Below, piece by piece: positions 25,301 through 38,100 of a stretch of DNA of 64,000 nt (positions are counted from its first letter, which is position 1; each line of letters starts with the position of its first letter). The stretch is from Eledone cirrhosa (taxonomy: Eukaryota). The stretch lies in assembly GCA_964016885.1 (NCBI GenBank), contig OZ024743.1, positions 106,950,001 through 107,014,000 of the forward strand, read 5' to 3'. Made by a program: the position numbers and the translations under genes. The notes below the pieces were generated by a model, which saw nothing but the letters and a program-made list of their open reading frames with translations, did no database searches and had not been told where the DNA came from.

Positions 25301-26696
25301 TTACCTCCGTTCTAAAAAAGAAATTGCACTTGCCACTGCCATTTCTCGAATAGCAGCCTCTTTGCTTCCCAAAGGTAGAACTCTTCATTCCAAGTGCAAA
25401 ATTCCTCTCAATGTAACTGCTGAATCACCTTGCTTCTTCACTCACAAAGATGGGTGGTACAGCTAAACTTATGCAGCAAGATGACCTGCTATAATTGATG
25501 AGATAGGTATGGGACATAATCATATCTTTGAATGCCTTGACAGGAGATTCAAAGATGTTCGAGATTGCAAAAAGCCATTTGGTGGTCTAACAGTATTACT
25601 ATCTGGTGAGTGGAAGCAACTTCTTTAATGGTGCTAGACCACAAATATTTGAGGCAACCATCAAGAGATCCTATCTCTGGGACTATATGGAAACCATGGA
25701 GATGACAACCAATCAACGGTTAATTAATACAGAGGATTCTGATGAGTCACAGTTTGCAAACTACCTTCTTGGTGTGGGAAATGGTAACATTCCAACTGTT
25801 CCAATTGTAGGTGCATTCACAATTCTTCTGCCAAATGAACTTTGTCTGGTATATGGTAATGTGTCTGGACTGTGTGATTTTGTGTATACAAATCTTCCAG
25901 GAAACTACACAACCCACTATGGCCTGCACATAGAGCCATTACCACTCCAACAAATGATGCAGCAAGATTGGTGAATGAGTTCATGGTCAACAAGTTCCCT
26001 GGTCATACATAAGCTCTGATACAGTACATAATTGTTTCTACTTTAGGCACAAGGCCAGCAATTACCCAGTACATTACTGGTACTTTATTTTATCGACCAC
26101 GTAAGGATGAAAGGCAAAGTTAACCTCGGCGGGATTTGAACTGTAAAGGGACGTAACTATGCTAGAAAGCATGGCGTCCAACCCTCTACCGATAATGTCA
26201 CTGAGATATCCAATTGAGTTCATCATCAAAATTACCCCATCAGGCTTCCCAACACTTAAACTGAAGAAAGGCAGTTACATCATGCTTCTGAGAAATCTGG
26301 ATCCTCTAAACGGGCATTGCAATGGTACACGCTACATCATCATCAATTTATATAATCATGTAATTGTGTCCCAATGCTGGAACATTGTTGCTAAACCCAA
26401 GGATACCACATGTATCTCAAGAGCTTGAGTTCCCTTTCACCTTTACTCGCAAGCAATTTCCTGTTAAACCAGCCTTTGCCCTTACATGCAACAAGCCACA
26501 TGGTCAGACATTTGAAAAGATAGGTGTATATCTACCAACACATTTCTTTTCACATGGTCAAATGTATGTTGTATTATCACGAGTTACAAGAAAAGAAAAT
26601 ATAAAAATATTAAATGAAAGGGGTCTGTTTGCTGAAAAGTGTGTCTACCAAAAATTCTACAGTGATGTGAAACAGCTATCACTCTCTTTTAGTTGA
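22400..26696 (+). pseudogene. Helitron Rep (HUH-Y2) plus PIF1-like SF1 helicase, many stops and frameshifts, one SINE insertion
   Basis: YFITVTTNRNW, IEWQKRGLTHAHILL, VKYLYKYITKG, ASAGTGKT, MLLRNLD..GHCNGTR, RKQFPVKPAFALTCNK.HGQT, FSHGQMYVVLSRV. Confidence 0.92.
26028..26200 (-). mobile_element. tRNA-derived SINE inserted in the Helitron helicase
   Basis: Short-tail subfamily sequence interrupting the helicase frame. Confidence 0.88.
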
Positions 26697-27259
26697 AATG
26701 CATTTCAGTTTCTTTTTAACTGCTAGAAAAGGGACACTACAAAAACTTAAGAAGTTTATATGTGAATACAGTAAAACAACAATATAGCGAAGGTCAACTC
26801 TTCATATTGGTAAATGTAATTCATTCATTCATATCAGCAGCATCTATTTTCAAATTCACTGCTTGAAGCTTCCCATCGACATTCTCAAGTGGAGATTCAT
26901 GAACATTTTCCATCAACGGTTTCATCGCTTTTCCATCTCCGTTATCGCTTTTTTTTAAAATGTATCATGGATTACTTTACTGATTACAGAAGTAAGTGTA
27001 ACACAGTCTTTGTTCAGATATGAGCATATTGTCAATTTATGTATCATATTTATGTCCATATATATTTGCGTATATCAATATGCACACTATATATGCTAGT
27101 AGAAAACCGACCGTGGGCGGTTCTTCTGCTAGTCTTAATAATGAAAACTTCAGTTATCTTATTAAATTCATAGTTATTTTCAAAATTATAGGCAGTGTCT
27201 TTCATACGAAATATTTAATCGTAAAACTGAAACATCTAGTCATTATATCATTGGCTAAG

Positions 27260-27450
27260 GGCGGGGGATTGCCAGTATCGGTGGAAGGTCGGATGCCATC
27301 CTTTGCAGCATAGAGTTACGCCCCTTTATAGTCTGAGTTCAAATGCCGCCGAGGTTCACTTTGCCTTTCATCCTTACGGGGTCGATAAAATAAAGTACCA
27401 GTAATGTACTGGTATAATTGCTGGCATTGTGCCTAACGTAGAAACAATTA
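27260..27450 (+). mobile_element. tRNA-derived SINE
   Basis: A box, B box gagttcaaatgcc, core and tail gcctaacgtagaaacaatt. Confidence 0.88.
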
Positions 27451-27669
27451 TATCGACAGATGTCCATCGTAGTTCTATATATGTAACTGATTGTTTTTGT
27501 ATTACGCTATATTTATCTAGATATTGCTTCATTTAAAGCCTCCTTTAGTTCCATCATACAGTTTATCCTTTTCTTTTGGTCAAACATTTCAATGATTATT
27601 TTTCTTAGGATAGACACAAACAGCAGCAAATAATTACTTTAATAAAATACTAAAAAAAAAACCGCACAT

Positions 27670-27964
27670 ATATAATTGCACGAGCACACAATCACACACG
27701 TAGATACACACACACAAAAGCACAAGCACGCACATATACATACATACACACCCAACCAATCATACATACACACGCCTACATACGCACGCACTCATACTCA
27801 CACATACATATACATACAAATATATTCGCGCGCACACACATACATACACATTCATATATCCACCTTCAAATACATTCACGCGCACGCATACACACATACA
27901 TACATACACAATTACAAATATCCACATACAAATACATTTTCCCGCACACACACATACATATCTA

Positions 27965-28006
<42 letters not shown>

Positions 28007-30565
28007 AATATATATACAAATACATTCGCGCGTACACACACACATACTCATACATACATATACAAATACATTCGACTACACACACACACACACACATACA
28101 TACATATATCTATACAAATACATTCACGCGTACACACATACTCATACATACGCACATACATATATCTACATACAAATACATTCGCCTGCACACATACACA
28201 CACACACGCACACACACACATATATATATATAGAAATACATTCGCGCGTACACACACAGACACACACACACACAAACACACACATACATACACACACACA
28301 CATACATACATACACGCACACACATATATATCCATATATATATCCACGTACAAATTTATTCGCCTGCACACACTCGCACACATACACACACACGCGCACA
28401 AACACACGAGCGCACACACACATGCACATACACATATATATATATATACAAATACATTCGCGCGTACACCCACAGACACACACACAAACACACACATACA
28501 TACACACACATACATACATACATACACGCACACACATATATATCCATATATATATCCACGTACAAATTTATTCGCCTGCACACACTCGCACACATACACA
28601 CACACGCGCACAAACACACGAGCGCACACACACATGCACATACACATATATATATATATACAAATACATTCGCGCGTACACCCACAGACACACACACAAA
28701 CACACACATACATACACACACATACATACATACATACACGCACACACATATATATCCATATATATATCCACGTACAAATTTATTCGCCTGCACACACTCG
28801 CACACATACACACACACGCGCACAAACACACGAGCGCACACACACATGCACATACATACATATACTTACAGTAACCCACACGTTTTCGCCCCACCCCACA
28901 CAAATCAACTAACAAATGGAATAGTCGCTAATTTCTAAAACAAGATTGCTTTATTTGTCTTTCGAGTAGGAAGAAATAACTCAATAATGAGAAAGAAGGA
29001 GGGGGGGGGGGAGATGGAAATGCATAAGATATTTATTGTGTGTCTATGTGTGTGTAAGTGTGTGTGTGTCTATGTGTGTGTAAGTGTGTGTGTGTCTATG
29101 TGTGTGTAAGTGTGTGTGTGTGTTTGTTTGTGTGTATATTTGTGTGTATGCATATATGTGTGTATGTGGCTGTGTGTTTATGTGTGTGTGTTTATGTGTG
29201 TATATTTGTGGGTATGCATATATATGTGTATGTGGCTGTGTGTTTATGTGTGTGTGTTTATGTGTGTATATTTGTGGGTATGCATATATATGTGTATGTG
29301 CGTTTATGCGTATATATCTGTGTGTATGCATATATATGTGTGTATTTATGTGTGTATATGTGTGAGTATGCATATATATGTGTATGTGGGTGTGTATTTA
29401 TGTGCGTATATTTGTGTGTACGCATAAATGTGTGTATGTGTGTATGTGTTTATGTGTGTATGTGTTTATGTGTGTATGCATATATGTGTGCGTGTTTATG
29501 TGTGTATGCATATATGTGTGTGTGTATATGTGTATATTTGTGTGTATGCATAGATATGTGTATGTGTGTGTGTGTTTATGTGTGTATATTTGTGTGTATG
29601 CATATAGGTGTGTGTGTGTGTTTATGTGTGTATATTTGTGTGTATGCATATATGTGTGTGTGTGTGTGTTTATGTGTGTATATTTGTGTGTATGCATATG
29701 TGTGTGTATGTGTGTGTATGTGTGTGTGTTTATGTCCGTGTATTTGTGTGTATGCATATATGTGTGTATGTGAGTATGTATAGTGTGTGTGTAGGTGTTT
29801 GTATATTTTGTGTATGTGTATGTATATGTGTGAGTTTATCTTTACCTGCGTGTGTGTGACTGTGTGCATGAAAGAGAAGCATAGAGATATATAATGTGTG
29901 TGTGAGTGCGTGTGCCTGCGTGCGGTTGTGTGTGTGATAGAGAGAGAACTATGTAAAGATATATTGTGTGTGTGCATATGTGTGTATGTGTGTGTGTACG
30001 TGAGTGTGTATAATTTTTTGTGTAAGAAAGAGAAGCATAAGAACATATAACGTATGCGTATATATGAGTGCGTATATATCTTTGTGCGTGAGAGTGAGAG
30101 AGAGAAGCGTAGAAATATATATGTGTATATATGTTTGTATGTGATCGTCTGTGTACATGCATGTATATGATTGTGTGTGCGCGCTTGAAAAAGTGAAGCT
30201 TAGAAAGGTGAGGGTATGCATATATGTGTGAATGTATACATGTTTATGTATGTTTGTGTGAATATGGGTGTATATATGTGTGTGACAGCCTATGTGTGAT
30301 TGTGTACGCAAGAGAGAAAACCGGAGCAGCTTAAAAGGATATAACGTGTATGTATATATATATATGTATATATATGTGTGTGTGTGTAAGGAAATATGTG
30401 TATGTAAATATATGGATGTATATATGTGGATGTAGGTGTGGCTGTGTTGGGGAGAGTGAGAAAGAGAGAAGGTTAGACATATGTGTGTGTGTGTATACAT
30501 CTTTGTATGTAATGGCGTGTTTTCGTGCTTGAGGGAGAATGAGATGTATATAGAAAGACATAATA

Positions 30566-30597
<32 letters not shown>

Positions 30598-30610
30598 TGT
30601 GTGTGTGTGT
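27670..30610. repeat. CA/TA-rich then GT-rich low-complexity region including a ~212-bp tandem repeat (about 3 copies, 28233-28860)
   Basis: aaatacattcgcgcgtaca recurs at ~28234, 28450 and 28661 with near-identical intervening sequence. Confidence 0.85.
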
Positions 30611-31339
30611 GCGTTTTTAATGTGCGCGAGAACGTGAAAGAGAAAGAGTGATGTTGAGGGCTTGGGGAGAAGAAAAACATTGTCTCTAATTGTTGCTTGA
30701 AACAGATTTTAATAACAATCCTTTACATTATTCGACACTTCAACAAGGTGAGGGAAAAAGACAGATGGCTATTTAATTTTACACAGTGAAACAAAACAAA
30801 GAAATATTATTTTGCCTGTGTTTTTTTTATCTTTTTCTGTATCATTTAATTTTTTTTCGTCTTTGCATTCACTGATGAATGTTTAGCTTAAATATTGCAA
30901 TATAATATTTTAAAAAATCATTAATTGTTTCTGCAGTATACATTTGATGCTGTATCAGGTGTAGAAATGATAATATTTGTTGTTATTGTTCTTGCTTTTG
31001 TTGTTCAGCTTTAGGTCAGCTCTGTTCTAAGCATTTCGGTTTGAATTCTCCAATATGTCCTAGTGCATTTGGGTTAAAGGTGGATTTGGGAAAGGTTAAG
31101 CTGGTTTTACTACTGATTCAAAGTAATATGTAGGTGCAAAATTTAACTTAAGCACGAAACAATATTTTAAGGTGGTATATAGAAAGATATATTGAATAAA
31201 TCTTCTTACTGTGATGTTAGTACTACCCTCTAATGAGGAAGATTATATTCGATAACGGCAGAACGTGAAATCAATATCATATTCACTAATCTTCTGTGTC
31301 ATTGCTCTTAGGAGAAAGGATGATGATTATTAATACATG

Positions 31340-32150
31340 CTTTGGCGCATAGAGTTACGGCCCTTGCCATTCTGAGTTCAAATCTCGCCGAGGTTAACTT
31401 TGCCTTTCATCCTTACGGGGTCGATAAAATAAAGTACCAGTAATGCACTGGGTAATTGCTGGCCTTGTGCCTAACGTAGAAACAATTATTACATAGCATT
31501 ATGGTAGAGAATTGGCAGTATTCATAAAGTAATAATGCCATTGTGTTGTTTCTTCTGTCTCTTTAGGTTTGGAATTCAAATCCCACCAAGGTCAACTTTT
31601 CATCCTTCTAGAGTCTATCAAATAAAATACTGGTCATGTACTGGGGTTGATTTCCTCGACTTCCCACTATAAACACATTTGCTAGTATTGTGTTTAAAAT
31701 AAAAATCTGTATTAGGCAGTATTGAGACAGCAGATTGGCAGAGTTGATAAAGCTTTGTATTTTGTCACTTTACGTTCTGAGTTCAAATTCCACTGCGGTT
31801 AACGTTGGTTTTCACTCTTTCTAGGTCGATAACATAAAATACAAACCAAGTGCTAGGGTAGACATAGTCCACTTTCACCCCTTTTGAAAATACCTGGCTG
31901 TGCCTCTAAATTTGAATTCTTATTTTACTACTTTTATGGATGATAGTTTGGTTGAAATTTTAGGATGTCGAACCAAGGTGTTGCTGTTGTTTTAAAAATG
32001 TTTCGACTGTATACATTCTAAGTTTAAATCCCATTGAGGATAACTTTACATTTCAGAATTGCGAGTGGGAAAAAGAAGGTATTACTCAAATAATTGAGTC
32101 AATATAATGTTACTACTTTAATCTACGGACTGTGCCTCAGAAAGGAGACA
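31340..32150 (+). mobile_element. Head-to-tail cluster of about 4 SINEs: one young 5'-truncated copy (31340-31490) and older diverged copies
   Basis: Repeated B-box plus core motifs near 31375, 31572, 31780 and 32021. Confidence 0.7.
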
Positions 32151-32478
32151 TCGGTATCTAGTATATATCTAACCGGTTCACCCCCATCTCTTCTTCGAAC
32201 TGGCATCCCTATAGCACTTTTCTTATTTCAACCTTATCACTTTCTTTTCTCCCACTATTTCGATAAAAGCTTTAAAGAGAAACGTAAGGTACTTTTCTCT
32301 TCTTGCCATTCCTCGTAAATATGTTCATAGTGAATACTTTACATTTTCGTGCATATTTATGACTACAGTTGCCTTTGATTTTCACTTCATTTTTTTTTTT
32401 CAATTTACACTTTCGGAAAACGCCTCTCCCTTCGTTCACACACGCGCACACAAACACATGCATACACACACATACACG

Positions 32479-32600
<122 letters not shown>

Positions 32601-32720
32601 GGCGTGTGGCTGAGTGGTTAGAGAATTGGATTCACAATCTTGAGGTTGTGAGTTCGATTCTTGGACCGGGCGATGCGTTATGTCCTTCTACAAGTCACTT
32701 TATTTCACGTTGCTCCTTCT
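32601..32720 (+). mobile_element. Second tRNA-derived SINE family (CORE-like body) after (GA)n
   Basis: A box tggctgagtgg, B box gagttcgattc, then gttatgtccttctacaagtcacttta. Confidence 0.75.
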
Positions 32721-33017
32721 ACCTGGAGTTGCGACCGATAGATAGTACTAGCAACTGGAAAGACCTGCGGAAACATTGTTTCCTCGGTCCGATTTGACGA
32801 AAGTCGATCTTTCTTTTTATATATATATATATATATATACAGTTCAAGAGTAACCAATCTTAAAGAGAGAGATGGAGATAGTAGAGGAGATATGAGAGGA
32901 GAGATTGGTGAGTTAGTTAGAAGCCAAAGCGTAAAGGCATGTGCTCAATGTGCAATATGCAGTAGAAAGCAGCTAGGTGGCTGGGTTCATGCAGAAGTTA
33001 GGTGCGCAGAGCTGGAA

Positions 33018-33649
33018 ATATTCATTAGTTAAGCAAAACAAGACCACAAACTTCACAGGGAAGACATTATTAAAAGATTGTCAACATATTTTAGTTTGAT
33101 GTAAGGAATGTAGAGAATAATAATAATAATAATAATATTAATAATAATAATGTCCGTTTACAATTGTTTCGCTACTCCATATAATATTTATGGATCAGAT
33201 GACTATATTTCATAATTGATCTGGTTCAGTTGAAAATAATTAACATATTTAAAAAACAGAGTGGCTCATCGGAACTTCAAAGGAATATAAATTAAAATAA
33301 TGGGATAATGTTACATAATATAATGTTCCATATATTGGTTTTTACTATGGTGTCTTGGTTGCATCAGCTGTCGGCCATAATCAAGCAGTATTCATCTGTC
33401 GAGGCTGCATTGTGTGAGATCTACCTATGGGTAACAAGATGGCTTTTCAACTGAACCAGATCAATTATGATATATAGTCATCTGATCCAGAAATATTACA
33501 TGGAGTAGCGAAACAATTGTAAACGGACATTATTATTATTAATATTATTATTATTATTCTCTACATTCCTTACATCAAACTAAAATATGTTGACAATCTT
33601 TTAATAATGTCTTCCTTGTGAAGTTTGGGGTCTTGTTTTGCTTAACTAA

Positions 33650-33656
<7 letters not shown>
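33018..33656. repeat. Non-coding fold-back (arms 33018-33236 and 33444-33656) carrying a deleted HHR relic
   Basis: ~215-bp inverted arms; ctga..tcca/tgga gtagc GAAACAATTGTA at 33482-33521 (palindromic ACAATTGT). Confidence 0.85.
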
Positions 33657-33700
<44 letters not shown>

Positions 33701-33879
33701 CAGCCAGCCCACTCACCGTAAGGCACCAATCACATTCTTTCTGACTTGACCACTAGCTACGTCACAGTTCTTAGCCATTTTGAATTCGTTTCTGGCGGGG
33801 ATCATTTAAGAAAAATCTTCGTCCAATTGAGTTTGTTTCCTGAGGATTTCGAAACGCGTGAATTTATCCTTGATCCGAT

Positions 33880-34240
33880 ATTTCCAAAAAGCGAATGAAA
33901 CCTCATGGTATAGAAACATAATGTTGGTATGCTTATACCCTTTTTTTCTTCTAACTTTGATTTTGTACCTAATTGTATATGGTTGACGATATATCTAATC
34001 AATTTCCACGTGCTATTAGAAATGCTGGGTAAATATTCTATGGCTGTTGATCGCGGATAGATAGCTATCGTTTATTTATCTATTGTTTCTTCATAGGTGC
34101 CTTTTAATCTTATAGCCCTGTTTAATTGTTTTTTTTATGTGGATGATTATGCTGATTGGGAGAGGAAATAATGTATATATGTTATCAAATGATTCTATGG
34201 ACATACTTTATCGTATATTGCTCTGATTGATGATTATTTA
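33880..34240 (-). mobile_element. Possible highly decayed PLE RT-thumb remnant
   Basis: Fragments YIHYF, NRAIRL, SYPRS, EYLPSIS in broken minus frames. Confidence 0.3.
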
Positions 34241-34734
34241 ATTAATTAATTCGTCATTGAGCCACATCGTGAATGGTCGCCAAAACACATATATATATAT
34301 CCATGACTTTGTCTAGTTTATGTATATGTAAATCTTTATATATATATATATATATATAAATAAAATGTTAAAACATTGTTCGCTCTACATGGTTGAATAC
34401 AATAAATGTAATCTGAGATTTTCGAATATTAATAAAAACATTGGATTCGTTCGCAATTATACAAACAAGCCTCATTTTAAAGCCATGTCAGTAGAATGAA
34501 CGCTTCATTCTTGCTCTAGTGTTGGCATGTAAACAGAACTGCAGACACTGATGATTCTGGGTATCACCCTTCACCAGTACAGTACACTGTTCACCTGCCA
34601 ACTGTTAGAGCTAGTGAAAATATATGTTATTTTCTAAAATATACAGTGACTGATCGGCCTGATTTGCATATTAGCAGCATCCGGAGAGTATATAGCCCTC
34701 TTTCTATCGCTCTTAATTTACGATTCAACAAGGT

Positions 34735-36268
34735 TATGATGAGAGTAGAATATTTAGATATTCGTGGAGTTGGTCTTGGAAGCACAATCGCTTGCTCAAA
34801 TACATCAGGTCATTAGCTGTGGAGTGTGTTCCAGAGATCGAGACATGTATTTCCCACACACGCGCATTAGCCACTCGGTTTGACGACTATGAGATTTTTC
34901 ACTGCTTGAAATGAGAGTCGGAGTGACAGTACTCCTTCGGAAAGACCTGCATATCGAGATACGGATGAATTTCATGGATCCGCAAGGTATGTTGATGCTC
35001 CTAGACGTGAGCAATAGCGAAGGTGGTACCTTTAAACTGGTCGCCTTCGGTTTGCACCACCACTGGGGATGGACGGCTCGTTTTCTTCGGGTGTCTATGA
35101 GAGTTTCTAGCAACGTCTTACCATTTACTTTTAGTTGGGAAATGGATTGTGTGGGAGTCCTAGATAGAAGTGTGTGCTAAAGGCTAAGATTTTTTAAATG
35201 TGCCAATCAATCTAAATTCTAAATGGACCAATCAATCCCATATGGTCGTCTAGAACGTATATAGATAGATTTTTCATTAGATTAGCGTAGGCTGTCCACA
35301 ACTCGAAACGCTCAACTATTCAGACCACAAATTCGTAACTTGCACAGTCCTGTTAGTTAGAAGACGTAGACAGGGACCCGGTTACTGTAAACTTAACGTG
35401 TTGATACCGGAACGTAAAAGCCTACAGAGAGCGGATTAGCACTTTAAATAAGCAACAATTGAGAGGGGCAGTCGTCAGTGTGTCGTGGGATGCCCCCAAC
35501 AGAGCGATTAGAGTACAATCGAGAGCAGTAAGTAAATAAACATTTTGTCGAACAGTATGGGTAGAGGGTCGGACGCCATGCTTTCCAGCATAGTTACGTC
35601 CCTTTACGATCTGAGTTCAAATCCCGCCGAGATTGACTTTGCCTTTCATCCTTACGGGGTCGATAAAATAAAGTACCAGTAATGCACTGGATAATTGCTG
35701 GCCTTGTGCCTAAAGTAGAAACAGTTATTATTGAGTATATAACAGATGCGGTTATTGACCGAGTCCATCGAGAAAATCGCTCCACCACTTGTTTTTTTTT
35801 TGGGGGGGGGGGGCCGGGATTGACTGGCAATTTGTCTTCTGCTTGGCAGCTGTAGCAAACGACGTTGTGTGATGGACGCGGTTGAAAAGACTGAAGACAA
35901 TCACCTTCCTCTTCTCCCAAGACCTCATCCAAATTTCCACTTGGAATGGAAGTTGATGCTGGAGAGGAAAGACTTGGCCCCAATATATTTATTAAATGAA
36001 GCGGGGAGATGGGCCTCTAGGCTGGGTAATTTGGAGGAGTGCCTCCCTAGGGTGCTTTTGGAGAGTACGGTGGTTTAGGATGATGATTTACTTAAGTTAC
36101 CCCAAAGTTATGCCGCCTACCCCTATTGCAGAATGATATTGTTAGAAATATATTTTTTGTTATTTGCTATCATCTTTTACACGTTTTTGAAAATCATAAC
36201 TAACCTTATATTTTTGTATTCTCATCTGTGTTTTAACCGTTGAGTCCAATAAAGAAATAATTATTATA
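34735..36268 (+). mobile_element. L1/Tx1-type LINE remnant: APE domain plus 3' end, internally deleted, SINE inserted
   Basis: DIRGV, IET, GVTVLLRK..DPQG, RTYIDR, YSDHKFV, GPGYCKLN; 3' ccaataaagaaataattat shared with the 63.4-kb copy. Confidence 0.7.
35558..35731 (+). mobile_element. tRNA-derived SINE, slightly 5'-truncated
   Basis: Near-identical to the 53433-53620 copy. Confidence 0.9.
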
Positions 36269-37128
36269 TTTCATCACGTTTCGTCGTCACCCACGGTGTA
36301 TCGAAAATTGCATCACTCAATAGTCGTTTCCCATTTTTTGTTTTTGATATTTTTCTAAGGTTTTATGTAGATTTATATGTGAGATTTTATATAGATTCTA
36401 CTTCTAATATTTCCACTGGCTCCATAAAGGATTCATCGTTTTTTTTATTATTTTACCTCAGTTGCAGCAAACTCTTCCTCTTATTTATTAACCTCACTCA
36501 ACTGGAGATTTTGACATCAGCCAGCTCTGCATGCCAATTGAACTTTCGTCGGCAATTTCAGTGTCTATGATCAACAACTTCATAAAAGCTGTCACTATCT
36601 TCCTTCATATGAATCATTTTAGCCAGAAGCTAAAACAGTTTTTAAAAGCTGTATTACTAGTGTTTTTATTCCGTGAGTTCTGTGTGTTTGTTTGAATATC
36701 TTCCTAATATTATTTTAGTGTTCTACTCGTTTCCACAACCATGCTGGACTAAGTAGATACGCCACATCTGTTTATTTCTTTTTTGCTGTTGTATTGTTTT
36801 TAGTTTACATTTAATGTGGTATGCTATGAATGACGGTATTCATATTATTAACTGGCAGTTATGCTTTTTTTTTTTTGGACGTATAATTATGTAAAATTTC
36901 TTATTTTAAAGCCTCTTTGAATTCCAGCATTTAATTGTTGTATAGTCTGTCTGTGAGTCTGTTTTTGTTTTGGAAGGAAGAGGTGTATTCTATTTTGTCT
37001 TTTCTTTTTGTTTATTAATTTTTGTATTCGTGAAAAAAATTACATCAATGCCATTTGTTTTCAGAACATAGAATGTTAGCAGTAAACATTCATTTAAACA
37101 CAATAACATAACGCACAATCACACACAT

Positions 37129-37181
<53 letters not shown>

Positions 37182-37236
37182 TACACACACACCCACATAC
37201 ACGCACACGCACACACACACACATACACGCGCACAG

Positions 37237-37270
<34 letters not shown>

Positions 37271-37774
37271 ACACCACACACACTCACTCATTTTCACATA
37301 CATACACACACACTCACGCCAAATTGCAAACACACTCATATGCATACTCACACTAATTGCACATCACACTTAACCTGAACACATCCCCTAAAGCACCTAA
37401 ATCTTATAGCAATCACAACCAAAATAACGTATTGATAAAGAAGTCCGGACGTTTGAAAACCTGGTTAATATCAGAACAACTGTTTGAATAATAATTTTCT
37501 CAAGCTTAATAATTTTTACCTGTGGCTAAAAAACAACAATTAGACTACAGTGACCATAAAAATCATGTAATAGGTACCCAAAATTGCCAATGATTTCTAA
37601 AATGATTGTTTCATCTCTCTATGTAGTAATATCCAACAATAAAATAGAAAAGAAAATTTCGCTTCGTGCATAGCTTTATACAATATGTATTGAAGTTTTT
37701 TTAGGAAGCCGTAGCTATGTAAACACCGGGGGGCTAACGCCCCCTGGTGGTATCCAGTGGAAGCAAGGGGGACA

Positions 37775-37818
37775 ACCGTCTATGCATTTCAGCCTTGACA
37801 GCCCATCGTTAGGACGAT
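37775..37818 (-). ncRNA. Mutated mirror copy of the 38057 hammerhead (core CTAACGA), probably inactive
   Basis: Reverse complement with G5A and helix II mismatches. Confidence 0.5.
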
Positions 37819-38056
37819 CCCTCCCCCTCTTGCGACTGCTGGACTTGAAAACTGCCGTGAATATATAGTTTTCTCGTCTGTGTAAATGAGGTGATTAATC
37901 TCATTTAAATATGAAGCATAAGTTGGCTTACCTTATCCTAAAAAAGAAAGTTTCGCTCCGAGCATAGCTTTATACAATATGTATTGAAGTTTTTAGGAAG
38001 CCGTAGCTATGTAAACACCAGTTTTTAAGTCCAGCAGTCGCAAGAGGGGGGGGGGG

Positions 38057-38100
38057 GTCGTCCTGATGATGGCCAGTCAAGCCTGAAATGCATAGACGGT
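38057..38100 (+). ncRNA. Minimal type I hammerhead ribozyme, predicted cleavage after AUA at 38094
   Basis: gtcgtc CTGATGA t ggc cagtcaa gcc t GAA ATGCAT A gacggt: 6-bp helix I, 3-bp helix II, palindromic ATGCAT helix III. Confidence 0.82.

Larger units (their letters stand above)
21348..27132 (+). mobile_element. Helitron, degenerate autonomous-type
   Basis: 3' hairpin aaccgaccgtgggcggtt plus CTAG|T at 27129-27133; Rep-helicase remnants inside; 5' TC before (TA)n is tentative. Confidence 0.85.

Noticed and set aside
32601-32670. tRNA gene
   Set aside because: A/B boxes run into a SINE body with no proper acceptor stem; the same applies to the other SINE heads.
33835-33865. CTGAGGA tttc GAAACGCGTG hammerhead-like string
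   Set aside because: No room for helix II and G at the cleavage position; at best a relic.
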